Assembly: GCA_013239625.1 (NCBI GenBank) | Contig: MU053810.1 | Location: 3,049,518 to 3,113,517, forward strand | DNA: 64,000 nucleotides | Reading direction: 5' to 3' | Origin: Lama guanicoe | Taxonomy: Eukaryota | In this document: positions 51,464-64,000 of the stretch, in pieces | Layout: each line of letters starts with the position of its first letter | Position numbering within the stretch: the stretch's first letter is position 1 | The notes under the pieces: generated by a model | Databases searched by the model: none | What the model was told of the DNA's origin: nothing | The model's input: the letters and a program-made list of their open reading frames with translations, nothing else | Made by a program: the position numbers and the translations under genes

Positions 51464-52774
51464 TAATCAAATTTTTATTCCCCAAAGTCCATTTGTAGGG
51501 GGAGAAAAAGCTAAGATTTATGAGGAAGAATGTCCAAAACTCCTATATACTATTACTACTACTACTAATAAAAAACTCCTAAAGCTTCATGGATTTTGCT
51601 GTGGTTACCAACTCTGAAAGCACACATAAATTATAGGGGTTTTGTTCAGTTTAGGCAATGACAAAATCTAGTAAGTATTCATTCAAATGAACAGAAAACA
51701 AAATTTCAGGTGTACCTCTAAGTTTTTCCCTCTGCCTTAATGGCGGGCTACTTAATGCCACTTAAAGGCTCATGCATTTGACTATGTCACTTCTTAACCC
51801 CATGTCCCAAACATTTAGTTTAACCATACATTTAATTTAACAGTTATAATTATAGCACTCTGAGCACTCTTTATTGTAAATAGATGTCTTAGATTATTAA
51901 AACAAAGAGTCTTTACTAAAAACATCCCTGGATCCTCAGTTATTTGGATAATTAACAATTAGGGCTGGTGGTCCCAGTGGCACCAAGTATAACACATTGT
52001 AGGCTCACAGAGCTCTCTGAAGCTTCTTTCAGATACTATAGGATGTTCTGAGTTTTCCAAAATTTGTTCCAGCCACAAAGAAGACAGTTAATTAACTAAC
52101 AACTTGAACTGTCCATTTTTTTTCTGTTGTCCTACAACTCCTGACATTAGAATTCAAAGACATTAAAAATTAAGGCAGATATTACAAATCACTTGCCTTC
52201 TGAAATTCCTAAAACATGCAGTTTTCAGATGGCCTATAAAAATCTGATCCCTTATCTTACAAAATGCTGCAACAGTGGGAGATATATACCAAATAAACTG
52301 TCCAATAGTTTTCTTTCTTTCTTTCTTTCTTTTTTTTTTTGGTAAATAGAATAAGTCCCCAGTGAGACTCTTTTAACCTACTTATTGATTTATGATCTCT
52401 AGACTATTTCATTAGGAAACTTTCCTTCCAATTTTGGCAATCTATTTTTGGTGCAAGAATCTAGGCCAAATACAAAGTTTCTGGAATAATTTCTGGAATG
52501 AAAACTGTTGAAAATTCTCTATAAATATACGCTGAGTTTACAGCATTAAAATGGTATTAAAAAACTCAGTCTAGAATACAAAGTATGTTATCATATGTTC
52601 CAATAAAATATGTCTTTAAGGCAAATGTATAGGTCTGCAGCCTCCATTCTGTAGTTTGGGCAAAATTATGTTCCATCCAAAGAATGAAATTTAGTAAGCT
52701 CCAAATTCATTCTGCGGTGTCCTCAATGAATTTACTCTTCTGTTGATCAGCCAGTGCTAACATTTATTAATTAC

Positions 52775-52953
52775 CTACAAAATACAATCCTTTCCCTCAA
52801 GATATTTAAGCTATGGCAAAAAATGTTATAGAAGATGATATAAAACCATTGCTCTTTGCATATAGTGTGAACACTTGCATAGAAATTCCAAAATGGAAAA
52901 CTAGTAGAGTCCTTTAAATATTTTCTACATTCAGTAAGTGGCTTCCTGCATTC
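52775..52953 (-). CDS. Candidate open 179-nt exon ECRKPLTECRKYLKDSTSFPFWNFYASVHTICKEQWFYIIFYNIFCHSLNILRERIVFC
   Basis: Strong acceptor tttaatttgttctttaacccctctag| and donor tag|gtaatt; 59 codons without a stop in AT-rich DNA; absent from the ORF track. Confidence 0.5.
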
Positions 52954-53039
52954 CTAGAGGGGTTAAAGAACAAATTAAAAATAGAGAATAATGAGGCAGC
53001 ATCCATAAAAGCAGCAAAGACATAGCTGTGAGAAGAGGT

Positions 53040-53200
53040 CATCCTACTGTGAAACTGAGGCAGCCCTGAGCCCCTCACTTGCATGGGCTCCTTCCAAGAT
53101 CCAGTACTTAACTTTGTATTTGTATTTTGCATTCTTTTTCATAAAGAAAGCCTTCAAAAACTGCGTAAGCTGCAGGCCCCGCAAAATCTGCATCTGCCCC
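53040..53200 (-). mobile_element. MER53-like hAT element
   Basis: Reverse complement ggggcagatgcagattttgcggggcctgcagctta...ggagcccatgcaagtgagggg. Confidence 0.75.
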
Positions 53201-53619
53201 AGCGAGGGAATACACAGTATGTGATTTTCCATAAGTGAGTACTATACTTGGCTGAGATATTTCAAAACGCTGTAACCAGAGAGATGTACCAGGATCCTGG
53301 ATGACAACACACAATACTATTAAAATGCCAAGTCTTTCAAAATCAATTTGAGTGTTTAATGCAAGTGCAGTAAACAGTCCAATAGTATTTAGAAAGCATA
53401 ATATGACTTTAGGAAAATCTGGGAAACATCTGGAAAAAAATAAGAATCACCAAGAAATTTTTGACTATGATGACTAATTGAATGTGAGGTGCAGAGATGA
53501 GCAGAAAATGGCTGTTTTTCCAGATATAAAACATGTTATAAACCTTCAACAATTCAAACAATTTGGTACTACTGTAAAAATACACACACTGAACAAAATG
53601 ATGTAAAAAATTAATCAAG

Positions 53620-55440
53620 ATCCAAGAGGTCTACAAATTCAATAGGAAAGGGAAGAAGTGTTAGGAACATGGTAATGGGACAACTGGTCAGGTTTTGGGG
53701 AGTGAAAACCCATTTAGATCTTAACCCCGTAACATTTTCTCAGGTAATCTAAATAGATGAAGTCATAAAATATTTTTAAAGATCAAGTTATAGAAAAATT
53801 GCAAGAAAATAAACATTAACGTTTATCCAGCTCTATGGAGGAATGGTTTCTTAACACTTACAAACAATGAAATAAGTTACAAAATTTCATATTAACAGAA
53901 CTGACAATTCAAAAATTAAAAATATATGCACAGACACAAAACATTACAAATGAAAGGCAAGCAAGCTATGGGGATAAAACAGTTTCTGTAAGTATGCAAG
54001 GTTAACATTGACCTTATATAATAGTTCATACAAATATACAAGCAAAACACCAAAACTCCAAAAGATAAATACGCAAAAATCATGCACAGTCTGGCAGTTC
54101 CTCAAAAGTTCAACCACGAAGTGACCATATGACCCAGCAGTTGCATGCCTACATATATACCCAAGAGAAGTGAGAATATATGTCTACACAAACACCTGTA
54201 CATTAATGTTCAAAGAAGTATTATTCACAATAATCAAAAATTGAAATAACTCGAACAACCACTAATGAGTAAATGGATAAATATAATGTGTTAAATCCAT
54301 ATGATGGAATATTACTGGACAATATAATAAATGAAGTACCAACACATGATGCAATATGATTAGAACTTGAAAACTTATGCTAAGAGAAAGAAGCCAGTCA
54401 TGGAAGACCACATATTGTGTGATTATATGAAATATCATATTCCATGAAATATTCGTATGATTTCACGAAACATCCAGAATAAGCAGATACAGAGAGACAG
54501 AAAGTAGAGATTACTGGTTGCCCAGGTCTGGGGTGGGATTCAGGGGAAGGGAGAAGTGTCTGCTGATGGGTACCAGGCTCTTTGCTGGGGTGATGAAAAT
54601 GCTCTAAAATGAACTGTGGTGATGACTGTACAACTCTGGGAATACACTAAAAATCACTGAATGGTACACTGTAAATGGGTGAATTGTATGATGTGTGAAT
54701 TATATCAATATACAGTACATCTATTCAATATGCAATACATACCACTAGACTATATGTTATAGCAATACACAATATTATAAGTAGCTTTATTGTAGCAATG
54801 CTGTTATCTTTTTAAAACATGCACAGTCAAATCACAGAAGAGAAAGCAGTTCGTAAACATAAGGAAATTATCAATATCCCTAGTAATCAAAGAAATACAA
54901 ATCAAAACAATAAGGAGACACAATTTTTACTAATCAAAGTAATAGAGGGAAAGTTTTTAAATAATTCTCACTACTGCTAGAAGGAAGGCAAAACAGATAT
55001 TCTCATATATTGTCAGTGAGGGTGCAAAGTGGCACAGCCCTTTTCAAAGGCAGCTTAGCCATATACATCAAGAACTCCAAATATAGTAATACTCCACCTC
55101 AGTGGTGTTGTTTATGAAAATATTACCTAAGAAATTCACCCCAAATATGAGGGAGGAAATCATTACATACAAAGACCCACAGTTCAGTAGTATGTATAAC
55201 AGTGAAGAATGTTCAGTGATAGTGGAATAGTTAAGTGTGCTGTGATATACAAAGTTGGTGGAATATTACACAGCAACTAAAAATATATGACATACTTGTA
55301 TGGAAAAATTATTATTACATTAGATCAAAAGAAAAGTAACAGCACAAAAAGGTATACACAGTATGATTACAACAAAGCTTAAGTTTTTCTTTTTTCTTGT
55401 ATTTTTAAATTATGTTTAATAAACATTTAAAATTGTTTAA
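53620..55440 (+). mobile_element. Ancient L1 (L1ME-like) 3' portion split by an L1MB insertion
   Basis: atggtaatgggacaactgg, tagtaatcaaagaaatacaaatcaaaacaa; collinear across the insertion. Confidence 0.7.
54092..54817 (+). mobile_element. L1MB-like 3' end with 11-bp TSD
   Basis: ccatatgacccagcag, gagacagaaagtaga, ggtgatgaaaatg; TSD catgcacagtc at 54081-54091 and 54818-54828. Confidence 0.87.
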
Positions 55441-55686
55441 AATATCTAAAAGAGGAAAACAGGAACAATAACTACAAGGAAAGGCACCATATGATGCATG
55501 CTATAGTGAGCATTAGATATTTAGAGAAGAGATTTAAACTCAGGATTTCAATATTTCATCCACAGGTGACTTTGAGTTTCAAAGGTTTTCTTTCCCCAAA
55601 AGAAGTTCCTCAATGAATTCTTATTTATAGACCCCTCAGCCCTGGCATACACAAATAAAAACCAATACATTTGTGATAATGCACAC

Positions 55687-56061
55687 CTCAGTCCATTGCA
55701 TGAGATATGATGTACTTTCCCTTCAGTCCTAATTCTGCTCTACAACTATATTTACAATAAACGTTTACTCTTCAAACTATTTCCAACCTAGGCTTGTTAA
55801 ATATTTTTTTTTAAAGATATATGTAACCTACTTTAAACTGTCATAAATGGAATCAAATATGCAAAGTCTTTAAGGAAAACTATTCACAATCAGAATGGAA
55901 TACTTTTTATTCTTTAAAAAAAAAAAAAACCCAGGTTGCAACATGCTATATAAAATAGGTAATATCCTATTATTTATTTTCAGAAACATGGAATATTTCT
56001 TTGAAACTGAAAGTGTAACATTCACATAATTTTCATCAGTGGTAATCTGGCACACAAAACT
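55687..56061 (-). pseudogene. Two candidate decayed exons (56061-~55931 open; 55787-55687 with four stops)
   Basis: Acceptor ctaccttttttttgaag| then SFVCQITTDENYVNVTLSVSKKYSMFLKINNRILPILYSMLQPG; second segment ends SYLMQWTE|gtgtgc; donors weak. Confidence 0.3.
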
Positions 56062-56214
56062 CTTCAAAAAAAGGTAGATTAGTGATAATAAAGTGAAGTA
56101 GGAAGGAGGATAGGATTTTAATGAAAAGTTGCAATTATAAATTGTAATATTATAATTAAACAGAATACAAGCCTTCAGAAATTCTAATTTGAATTTTAAC
56201 ACACTGAATGTTTG

Positions 56215-57128
56215 TGAAGACACAAACGGCCGAGAGGTACATGAAAAGATGTTCAATATTGCTAACTATCAGAGAAATGCAAATTAAAACTACAATAAGG
56301 TATGACCTCACACCAGTCAGAATGGCCATCATTAGAAAGTCCACAAATGGACAGTGTGGAGAAAAGGGAACCCTCCTACAATGTTGATGGGAATGTAGTT
56401 TAGTGCAGTCACTATGGAAAATACTATGAAGAGTCCTTGAAAAACTAAAAGTAGTTACCATATGATTCAACAATCCCACTCCTGGGCATATACCTGGACA
56501 GAACTCTAATTCAAAAAGACACATGCACCCCAGTGTTCACAGCAGCACTACTTACAATAGCCAAAACATGGAAACAACCTAAATGTCCATCAACAGTTGA
56601 CTGGATAAAGAAGTTGTGGTATATTTATACAATGGAATACTACTCAGCCATAAAAAAGGATAAAATAATGCCTTTTAAAACAACATAGATGGATCTGGAG
56701 AGCATCATTCTAAGTGAAGTAAGCCAGAAAGAGAAAGAAAAATATCATATGATATCACTTATATGCGGAATCTAAAAAAGAAAAGCACAAATGAACTTAT
56801 TTACAAAACAGAAACAGACTCACAGGCATAGAAAATAAACTTATGGTTACCAGGAGGGGAAGGGGTAGAAAAGGATAAATTGGGAGTTTGAAATTTGCAA
56901 ATACTAACTACTATATACAAAATAGATATACAACAAGTTTCCTCTATATAGCACAGGGAACTATACCCAAAATCTTGTAGTAACCTACAATGAAAAAGCA
57001 TACAAAACAAATTTATGTGTCTATATGCATGACTGAAACATGATGCTGTCCACCAGAAATTGATACACTGTAACTGACTATACTTCAATTTAAAAAAGAA
57101 AAGAAAGACAAAACAAACAAACAAAAAA
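56215..57128 (+). mobile_element. LINE-1 3' ~0.9 kb
   Basis: acctcacaccagtcagaatggccatcatt, aatggaatactactcagccataaaaaag, A-rich tail. Confidence 0.93.
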
Positions 57129-57149
57129 CAACCAATCTCTGAACATGCT

Positions 57150-60100
57150 CCTGGACCCAGGCAAGATCAGAGGGCCTGACCACCAAGTCTCTGAGTGATC
57201 ATGATTCGAGAACTGCCCATCCTGAGCCGGCTTCTGTCAGACCCACAGGGAACAAGGCTGAGCAGGCTCGGCTGCCATTCACTGTGAGATGGAACTGGCC
57301 CATCCGGGACTGGGGCCAAAGGAGACAAGCAAATCCCAGGAGCAGCTGGCGTAAACCCCCACATCACCCCCCAGAGTGGTCCCAGGGCTCTCCCTCAGTC
57401 CACGTCTGTGGCCAAACAGGGGTGGCGTGGGTGGCGGTGGGACGAAGCCTCTTACAATCAGGTGACAAAGGAGGAAAAAGGCTGGCTTTGTATAGTCACA
57501 ATGGGTCAGTTCAGTGTGTGGGTGCAAGCCAGAAATGGACAGCAACCCCACAGTGACCCTGAGAGACAGCGGGGAGGACAAGGCCTTCCAACGGGCATGC
57601 AGTTTCCAGTGGTACCTCTGCACACAGAGCAAAGTAGCCCAGTATGAACATAAGACAGTCCTGAATGGCTTGACTGGTTAGTCTGGGGCTGCGACGGTCA
57701 AAGGTCGGAAGACTGGCATGGTAACAAGCCGTCAAAGAAGACGCCCAGCAACGCTACAGCTCCGGAACGCGTCTGCCCTCCCCAGCCGGTGCGGCCGGTA
57801 AGCTGGGACACAGCCTACAGCTGCTCGGTCCAGCAGGATGCAGAGGAAGTGACATGTGGAGGCATCTGTGCACATCAAGTATTAAGAAAGCCTAGCATCG
57901 TCTACTCTCCCCCTCATGGAGCCCTGAAGTGCCATTTAAAGAAATCCAGGCTGCCCTGCTAGAGAAAGAGGCCCCATGAAGAGGCCCTGAAGGATGAGGT
58001 GTCACATGGAGAAAGAGGCCGCGTGGAAGGACCTTGAAGTGCCAGGCACCTGGTCCAAGCCCCATCCAAATGCAACCACATGAGACCCTGATGATAATGA
58101 AGGCATTGCTTAGCTGAGCCCCAGTCAGCCCATGGGGTCAAGAGAGATAAAGAAAGGCCTGTTTTCAGCCACTGATTTTAGTAGCAGTTTATTACACAGC
58201 AAGAGGTAACTGAAACAGAACGTGGTACCTGAAATGGCATCTGTCTTGACAAAACTCGACTAAAACACACAGTATTAGCTTTGGGCCCAAGGTGGAGCTC
58301 CCTCAAGAGATCAGAGTGAAGGCAGGAAAGACAGCAATGAAATCACTATTGGAGACCAAAGGCAAGGGGACCAGAGTGTTATTATGTTGTCACAGTAGGG
58401 GATGCAGACACATACATGAAACTGTCACCTGCAGTCAGGAGGGAAATAGAGAAGCTACGTAAGGAACTCCTGGGTCTGGCTAAGGATGCTTGTAGGCAGA
58501 CTGTTGAAAGCGCCAACTATTTTCATTTTGTTTTGTTTTTGTTTTTAACTGCCTATGACAAGTACATGGGGAGTAAGATGAGGGTGAAAAAAAATGGAAA
58601 TAGTACAGTCTTCCAGCGAATTTAGAGGCAATATAAAGCAACTGATACTTACTGGGTTTGAAAGCAATGCTGTTTCTCCAGATGACAAAAGCCTCTCAAG
58701 GTAAGAAATGGACTTAGAAGAGGGGCGGGCTGGGGGGATCAAATTCAGAACATGGGAAGTGAAATAAGCCTCAGGGTCAAGTTCAGATTAAGGGTGTGAC
58801 AGTGAGACACTCTGTTGAAACCTCAGGAAGATTTTCAGTGATGCGTCATAAAGCCTTCCAGCCGAACAAAGAGACTTCTAAGAATCCTCAGGGCGTGCCT
58901 CCTACAGCCTCTCACCTAGACAACAGGGTTTCTAAGAATCATAAGGAAGTTGTCCCAGAGGAACTTCATGGGCTTGTTTCAGAAAGAAGTGCAGCTATGG
59001 CTTTTACCCAGTGGAGCTGATTATGACTTGATACAAACAAAAGGCACAATGTTTTAAAGGAACAGAATCCATTTGGGCTGAAAGGGATAGAGTTAGTTCA
59101 TGATGAAAAGAGGTCTCGGGCCGTCAAATGTGTGCAGGCAGTAAGCAGGCTAAGAAAGCTGCTTAGCTTCCAAGAGAGGCCGTTTATTATAGAAAAGGAA
59201 GGATGACTCAGGGCAGAGCCAAGAGACGTGGGAACTAATCCCACAGAGCAGGACTGGTCCACAGGGAAGGGCTGAGAACATGTGCAGCTGGATTTCAAAA
59301 GCGCTACGAATCCTCACTGCCGTGTGCCTGCTGTTTCCCCCTCATGACTGTCCCAGTTTTCCTGTTCCTGCTCATCCTCACTGGGCGAATGCTGATTGAG
59401 TAACCTCTCTCTTTATGATTTAGTTCTGTAGAGCAAGAGAAGCCATACCTAAGGGGCTATACCCAAGAAAACAGCCGAGACGATCCACCCGTGCCTACAG
59501 CTGATTTAGAGGATGAGATCCTGGGTTCAAGTGGATGCCACTAGGGGATGAGACTTGTGTTCTTGGGAAAAGGAATGAGGTGTATGCTGTAGAAGGGAGG
59601 AATGTGAATTGTGGCCAGAGGATGGACTGTGCAGCTTTTCTTCAAGAACAACCCTACGTAACCCTGCCCCTCCCTGCACGCACCTACTGCTACTCCCATC
59701 TGAGACAAAGCTTATGTCCCACTGATCTGTGATGGCTTTGATGAACAGAATGCAAGGAGGTGATGTTGTGGGACTTTGGAGCCCAGGCATTAAGAAAGCT
59801 GAGCAGCTTCCATGTCTTCCCTCTTTGACCCACAAAACTGGCGATCTTGCTGGATGGAGTGGCCACATGGAGGAGCACTGGGGCACCCATCCGACTGCTA
59901 CTGAGAAAGATCCCACACAACACCAGCAGAAGAGACCCCCAGCTGAGTCCAGCCAAACCACGAAGTCATGAGCTATAACTAAATCGTAATAACTAAGTTT
60001 GGGGGTGGTTTGTTACCCAGTAACAGACCACAAAACAATCAGGGTAAGGAGGTCTGCAGAAGACGGACGTGGTGGACCCGATGATAGTGGGCGTGAAATG

Positions 60101-61505
60101 TGAAGTTCTTTGTATTGTAATGTTAAGTCCCACAAGGGGGCATCCATCAAGGAAGAAAGATTCACAGAACACCTCAGACAGTTCACATCAGCCAGCATCT
60201 GCCATCGACTGTCCCAGCGGTGATTCCGTAAGTTCATGAATGGAGTAGCCATGGTGCTGAGGAAGAGGGTCTGGATGGGCCCAATAGCACTAGACCGGAA
60301 GAGGTGCAAGCAGCGGGTAAGGAAAGAGCTCAAGACTGCCATCACCAAGGCCGAGCCAGCGGCTGCCATGGCTGAACGTTCATTCTGTCAGTAAGAGAGA
60401 CGAACAGCCCGACTCCAACATGGCAATCAGTCAAGGACACCAACTGGTCACTTGTGGCAAAAAGATTACACTGGTCCCCTTCCACCCTGATAGGGGCAGT
60501 GACTCCTGATTCTGATATGTGCTCCAGACACAGGCTTCCCTTTGGCACTCACACAACCTGAGATACACCACTCTCTGAGGACTGGTGTTTGATCAATGAC
60601 TCCGAACCCTAGGTAACATTACATTCAGCTACTTTTTTCCAGAGAAGGTGCAACAGTGGACATGTGACAATGCAACCAACCTATCCTCTCACTTACTGCA
60701 TCACTCAGGAGCTGCTAGCCTGATCGAGCAGTGGGATGGCCACTTAAAGACATAACTGAGCCAAAGCCAAAGCCAGCTTGGAGGTGATACCCTAGAAAGC
60801 TGCTCCTTGAGACACTGTATACACATAATATGGTCCTGTGTCACCAGTACGCAGAATACATGGGCCTGGGAGCCAAGGTTTGGAAGTAGACCATCACTTC
60901 CAGTAACCTGCTTAAGAAACCTGTGCTTCCTGTATCCATGATTCTAGACAATGCTTTTACCAAGGGACATAGCAAGACGGTCCTTAAACATAAAGCATGG
61001 CTGTCTCCAAGTCACCTCAAGCTCCTTTTGCCAAGAGACCAGCAGGCAAGGAAAGTCATTATCATCGTGTGAAGGGTACTTGATGATGATCAGCAGGAGG
61101 AGGCAGGCTTGCTCCTCCCCTGTGAGGACAGCCAGGTGACCCATCGTGGTGTCTCTTGGGATACTGCTCTCCAACTGTGATGGTAAGTGAGAAATTCGGA
61201 ATTGACAGACAGCCAGCAAAGAGCATGATGAGCATGAGTTCAGATCCCTCAAGGCTGGGAGTCAAGGTCATTCCATCAGATCAGCTTCCTAGACCAGAAA
61301 AGCTGCCAGCGGAGGGTAAGGAAAGACATGTTGAGTATCAGTTGCAGCCTCAAGACCAGCTGTAATGGCCAGCACCATAACCCATCCCACTAACCTTCCT
61401 CTTGTGAATCTCCCAGAATCAGAGACCACCTAGAATCATGGAGATGTTCCCAGATGGGACTCCTGTATGAAGCAAGTGAATCTGATCAGGACAAGGGGTC
61501 AACTA
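57150..61505 (+). mobile_element. Ancient ERVL internal region (pol RNase H and integrase; ERV3-16A3-like), split by a MaLR provirus
   Basis: SYNQVTKEEK and NGSVQCVGASQKWTA resemble ERVL PYDQLTEEEK and DGSARYAGTTRKWTA; after 60038 LPITKAE and WQKDYTGPLP resemble integrase; PPT ggacaagggg ~61490 then a short LTR16-like start. Confidence 0.8.
57717..60037 (+). mobile_element. Complete MLT1-type MaLR: 5' LTR 57717-58217, internal 58218-59627, 3' LTR 59628-60037
   Basis: Both LTRs contain attaagaaagc, ccacatggag-like and agctgag.ccag motifs and end in aaaca; PPT ggccagaggatggac. Confidence 0.8.
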
Positions 61506-61596
61506 CAGTGGACCCCAGGTCCAAGGAACATATTTCTGCTGTTGCCGGCAGTGTGGCTGTGGATAACTCACATCCAAGATGCCACACTACAACATT

Positions 61597-61700
61597 TACT
61601 TGTCTCCTTATGTTTACAGTTTAAAAGTTACATTTTTAGACACAACATTATAAAATGATTGTAAATCAATAAAAAATGTTAAAAAATTAAAATAAAATAA
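61597..61700 (+). mobile_element. Young L1 3' tail
   Basis: aaatcaataaaaaatgttaaaaaa resembles the tail of the young L1 at 17772-17801. Confidence 0.6.
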
Positions 61701-61809
61701 GGAAAAATTATATATATGTATATTTCACCAACATGATCTCAGAAACAACAATCTAGGTGTCTGCTCACAGGGAAATGCTTAAGTAATTGTGTCTTTACTC
61801 TAAGAGGTA

Positions 61810-62050
61810 TTTTCTAAAATGGTCACTCTCTACAATATTACTCCCTGTTTCCTTGCCTTGCCTTGCTTTGCTTTATACCAAGTGACATTTTATTATATAT
61901 GTATTGCTCACTGTATGGCTCTCTTTCTGGAATTAAGTCCACTGGGTAAGGGTTTTGTCATATTCACTATAGAATCCTCAGCATCTAAAATAGAGCGTGG
62001 CAGATTATAAAAATTACGTAAATATCTGTTGGTTATATGGATGAATGAAA
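61810..62050 (+). mobile_element. LINE-2 3' end
   Basis: tattcactatagaatcctcagcatctaaaatagagcgtggca...taaatatctgttgg...atgaatgaa. Confidence 0.75.
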
Positions 62051-62139
62051 CATGGAATTTTCTTGGGAAAGACTATTTAGTAAAAATACCGAAAATCAAA
62101 TGTGTTCTCTCATTAAAACAATGAAAAAAAAGTTACATT

Positions 62140-62305
62140 TTTATAACTGGGAGGACAAGAGGAGGTCTCTGGGATGTTAATATTGTTTTACATATTGACC
62201 AAGGTGTTGGTTACAAAGGTGTGTGTTTACTTTGTAAAAATTTACTCAGTTGTACTCCTTATGATTTGTGCACATTTCTGTATGTATTTAAGCTCAATAA
62301 AGAGC
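62140..62305 (+). mobile_element. L1ME-like 3' end
   Basis: ggttacaaaggtgtg...ttgtaaaaatttactcagttgtac...tgtgcacatttctgtatgta...caataaa. Confidence 0.75.
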
Positions 62306-64000
62306 TTCTTAAGAACAAGTCTCTACGTTTTGTAATTTAAATACTGAACAGTAAACACTTGAATGGCTTTTCTTAAAAATTTAAGCTATGAAAACAACTT
62401 AAAACTGAGGTAGGTACTATGATTTCACAGATCTAGTTTATCTGCACATAAGTCTTGTAAGTTCAACAGCTGTTTTCAATAGGTAAAGACACAGAATACA
62501 AGACACCACCAGAGGGGCTCAGCCTCAAGCACTTTACATGAAATGCTGCAGCTGAGAAAATGAACTTTCCTAATTATTTGAAAGGTTTCACCTTCTTAAA
62601 CTGTTTTCCAGTTCAATGCACATGGGTTTTTCTACCACCAATTTATCCTTCCTCTGCCTGTTGTACAGATACATTGAACCTTTCAAGCGTCATGTCCACC
62701 AAAATTCTGAGAAATAAAATTAAAATTCATGTTGCCATTACTGATTAGGATGTATTATGAATGCAGAAACAAGGCAATTGAGTTTCTTTGGCAACTTGAA
62801 GTTTTTCCCCTCAAACCTTGTATATCAGACGCAGGTGTTAGAAATGAACACGGAGCTACACAAGCCATGTGACTTCCACCCAACTTCTACCATCTAAAGA
62901 AACGCTACACCGTAAAACATATTTTCATTATTTTAAATTACATGACTGTTACCTTCTCTAATAAGTTTGTATAAACCACAGCACGGGATTCCCCTTTCAC
63001 TGCATTACTTCAGTGAGTTTCCCTTTGATTTTATATATGAAATTTAAGTATACAACTTATTAGGAATGTATTTACATGCTCAGATGCTCAACAAAGCCTT
63101 TTAAATGCTCTTCAGTCTTTAATTCATGCTCTAAATGATCTCAACATATTCTAGGCTTTGTTGGTATTACAGACCCAAGAAACTGAAAACAAAATAATGC
63201 TCCCCAGAAACAGCATTTATTGCAACAGCTATACCCAATACACATTAAAACTGTGCAAAGCCAACACATCCACAAATATTTAAGCAATTTTTCTAAAATG
63301 TTTCCCACCTATCTTATCTGTATGCCACAGCCCAGTGCAAGGAAACACGCTAAGCACATTAATGAAATCACCTACTTACATGAGAGTGCAGTTTTGCACT
63401 CCTCACCCCACCTCCATTCTCGTTTAATCCTCCCTTTATTTTCTGGCCTCTAAATCCCAGTAATCCCCCAAACTGGGCGAAGGAGAACATACTTAGGAAT
63501 TTAGGATCAAATTTAAAACTGCCAACTAAGCACCTGTCAAGTGCAAATCCTGGTACTCTCACAAAGGTGTCCCAGAAAAGAGGTCTGCTTAGATACCCCA
63601 ACCGCTCAACCCCAGCCTGCGGTCCAAGAATCCCTAGACACCAGACAAGCCCCCATGCCTTTGCTTGAATCTATTCTTTCTCCTCCTCTTCCATATTTTG
63701 TCTGGACTGTTCCAACCTGCCTTTATTTCCAGTCTTGCCTTCTTCACTACATAAATGCTATCAAGTTGTTTTGCTAAAGACACATTTCACATGAAACTTT
63801 CATGTTCCCACACGGTTTTCATTTCAACAAAATGAAGCAGCACAATGAACACCATGATTTAATGATGTCCTTTAATATTCCATGAATGTTCAGTGGGGTT
63901 TTTTTTCTCTCTTGCATGAGACTTGGAGCAAAATATTAATGAATCTTCATAAAAACCAATTAAAGTATCACCTTTGGTTTTAAATTAACTAATTAATCAA

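Noticed and set aside
52681..52713. Short hairpin agaatgaaattt...aaattcattct
   Set aside because: AT-rich, short and bulged; plausible by chance
59527..60369. 144-aa and 118-aa minus-strand ORFs
   Set aside because: Antisense to GC-rich MaLR/ERVL sequence, with no recognisable protein or splice context
1..64000. CRISPR arrays, operons or other prokaryotic systems
   Set aside because: The sequence is mammalian; no regularly spaced repeats or dense ORFs were seen

Overview
Mammalian genomic DNA, probably camelid, judged from four copies of a Vic-1-like tRNA-derived SINE. The window is repeat-rich (L1 of several ages, L2, MIR, ERV1/ERVL/MaLR LTR elements, Tigger and hAT DNA transposons) and has one 312-N assembly gap (17460-17771). 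The only firmly recognisable gene is a disabled processed PSMA3 pseudogene (27951-28837, +). It sits inside a near-full-length ancient L1 (about 21.8-31.0 kb) that hosts several nested insertions. The unique DNA between repeats holds a series of minus-strand AG..GT-bounded exon-like segments from about 63.4 kb down to about 12.4 kb, some open and some with stops. Their translations weakly resemble RGS22/RGSL1-type multi-RGS proteins, so this may be an unannotated decaying gene; that family link is a from-memory inference and is not verified. A separate minus-strand candidate promoter/first exon with ETS, RUNX and NF-kB motifs lies at about 7.4-8.35 kb. Repeat family names come from recalled consensus sequences and need RepeatMasker/Dfam confirmation.
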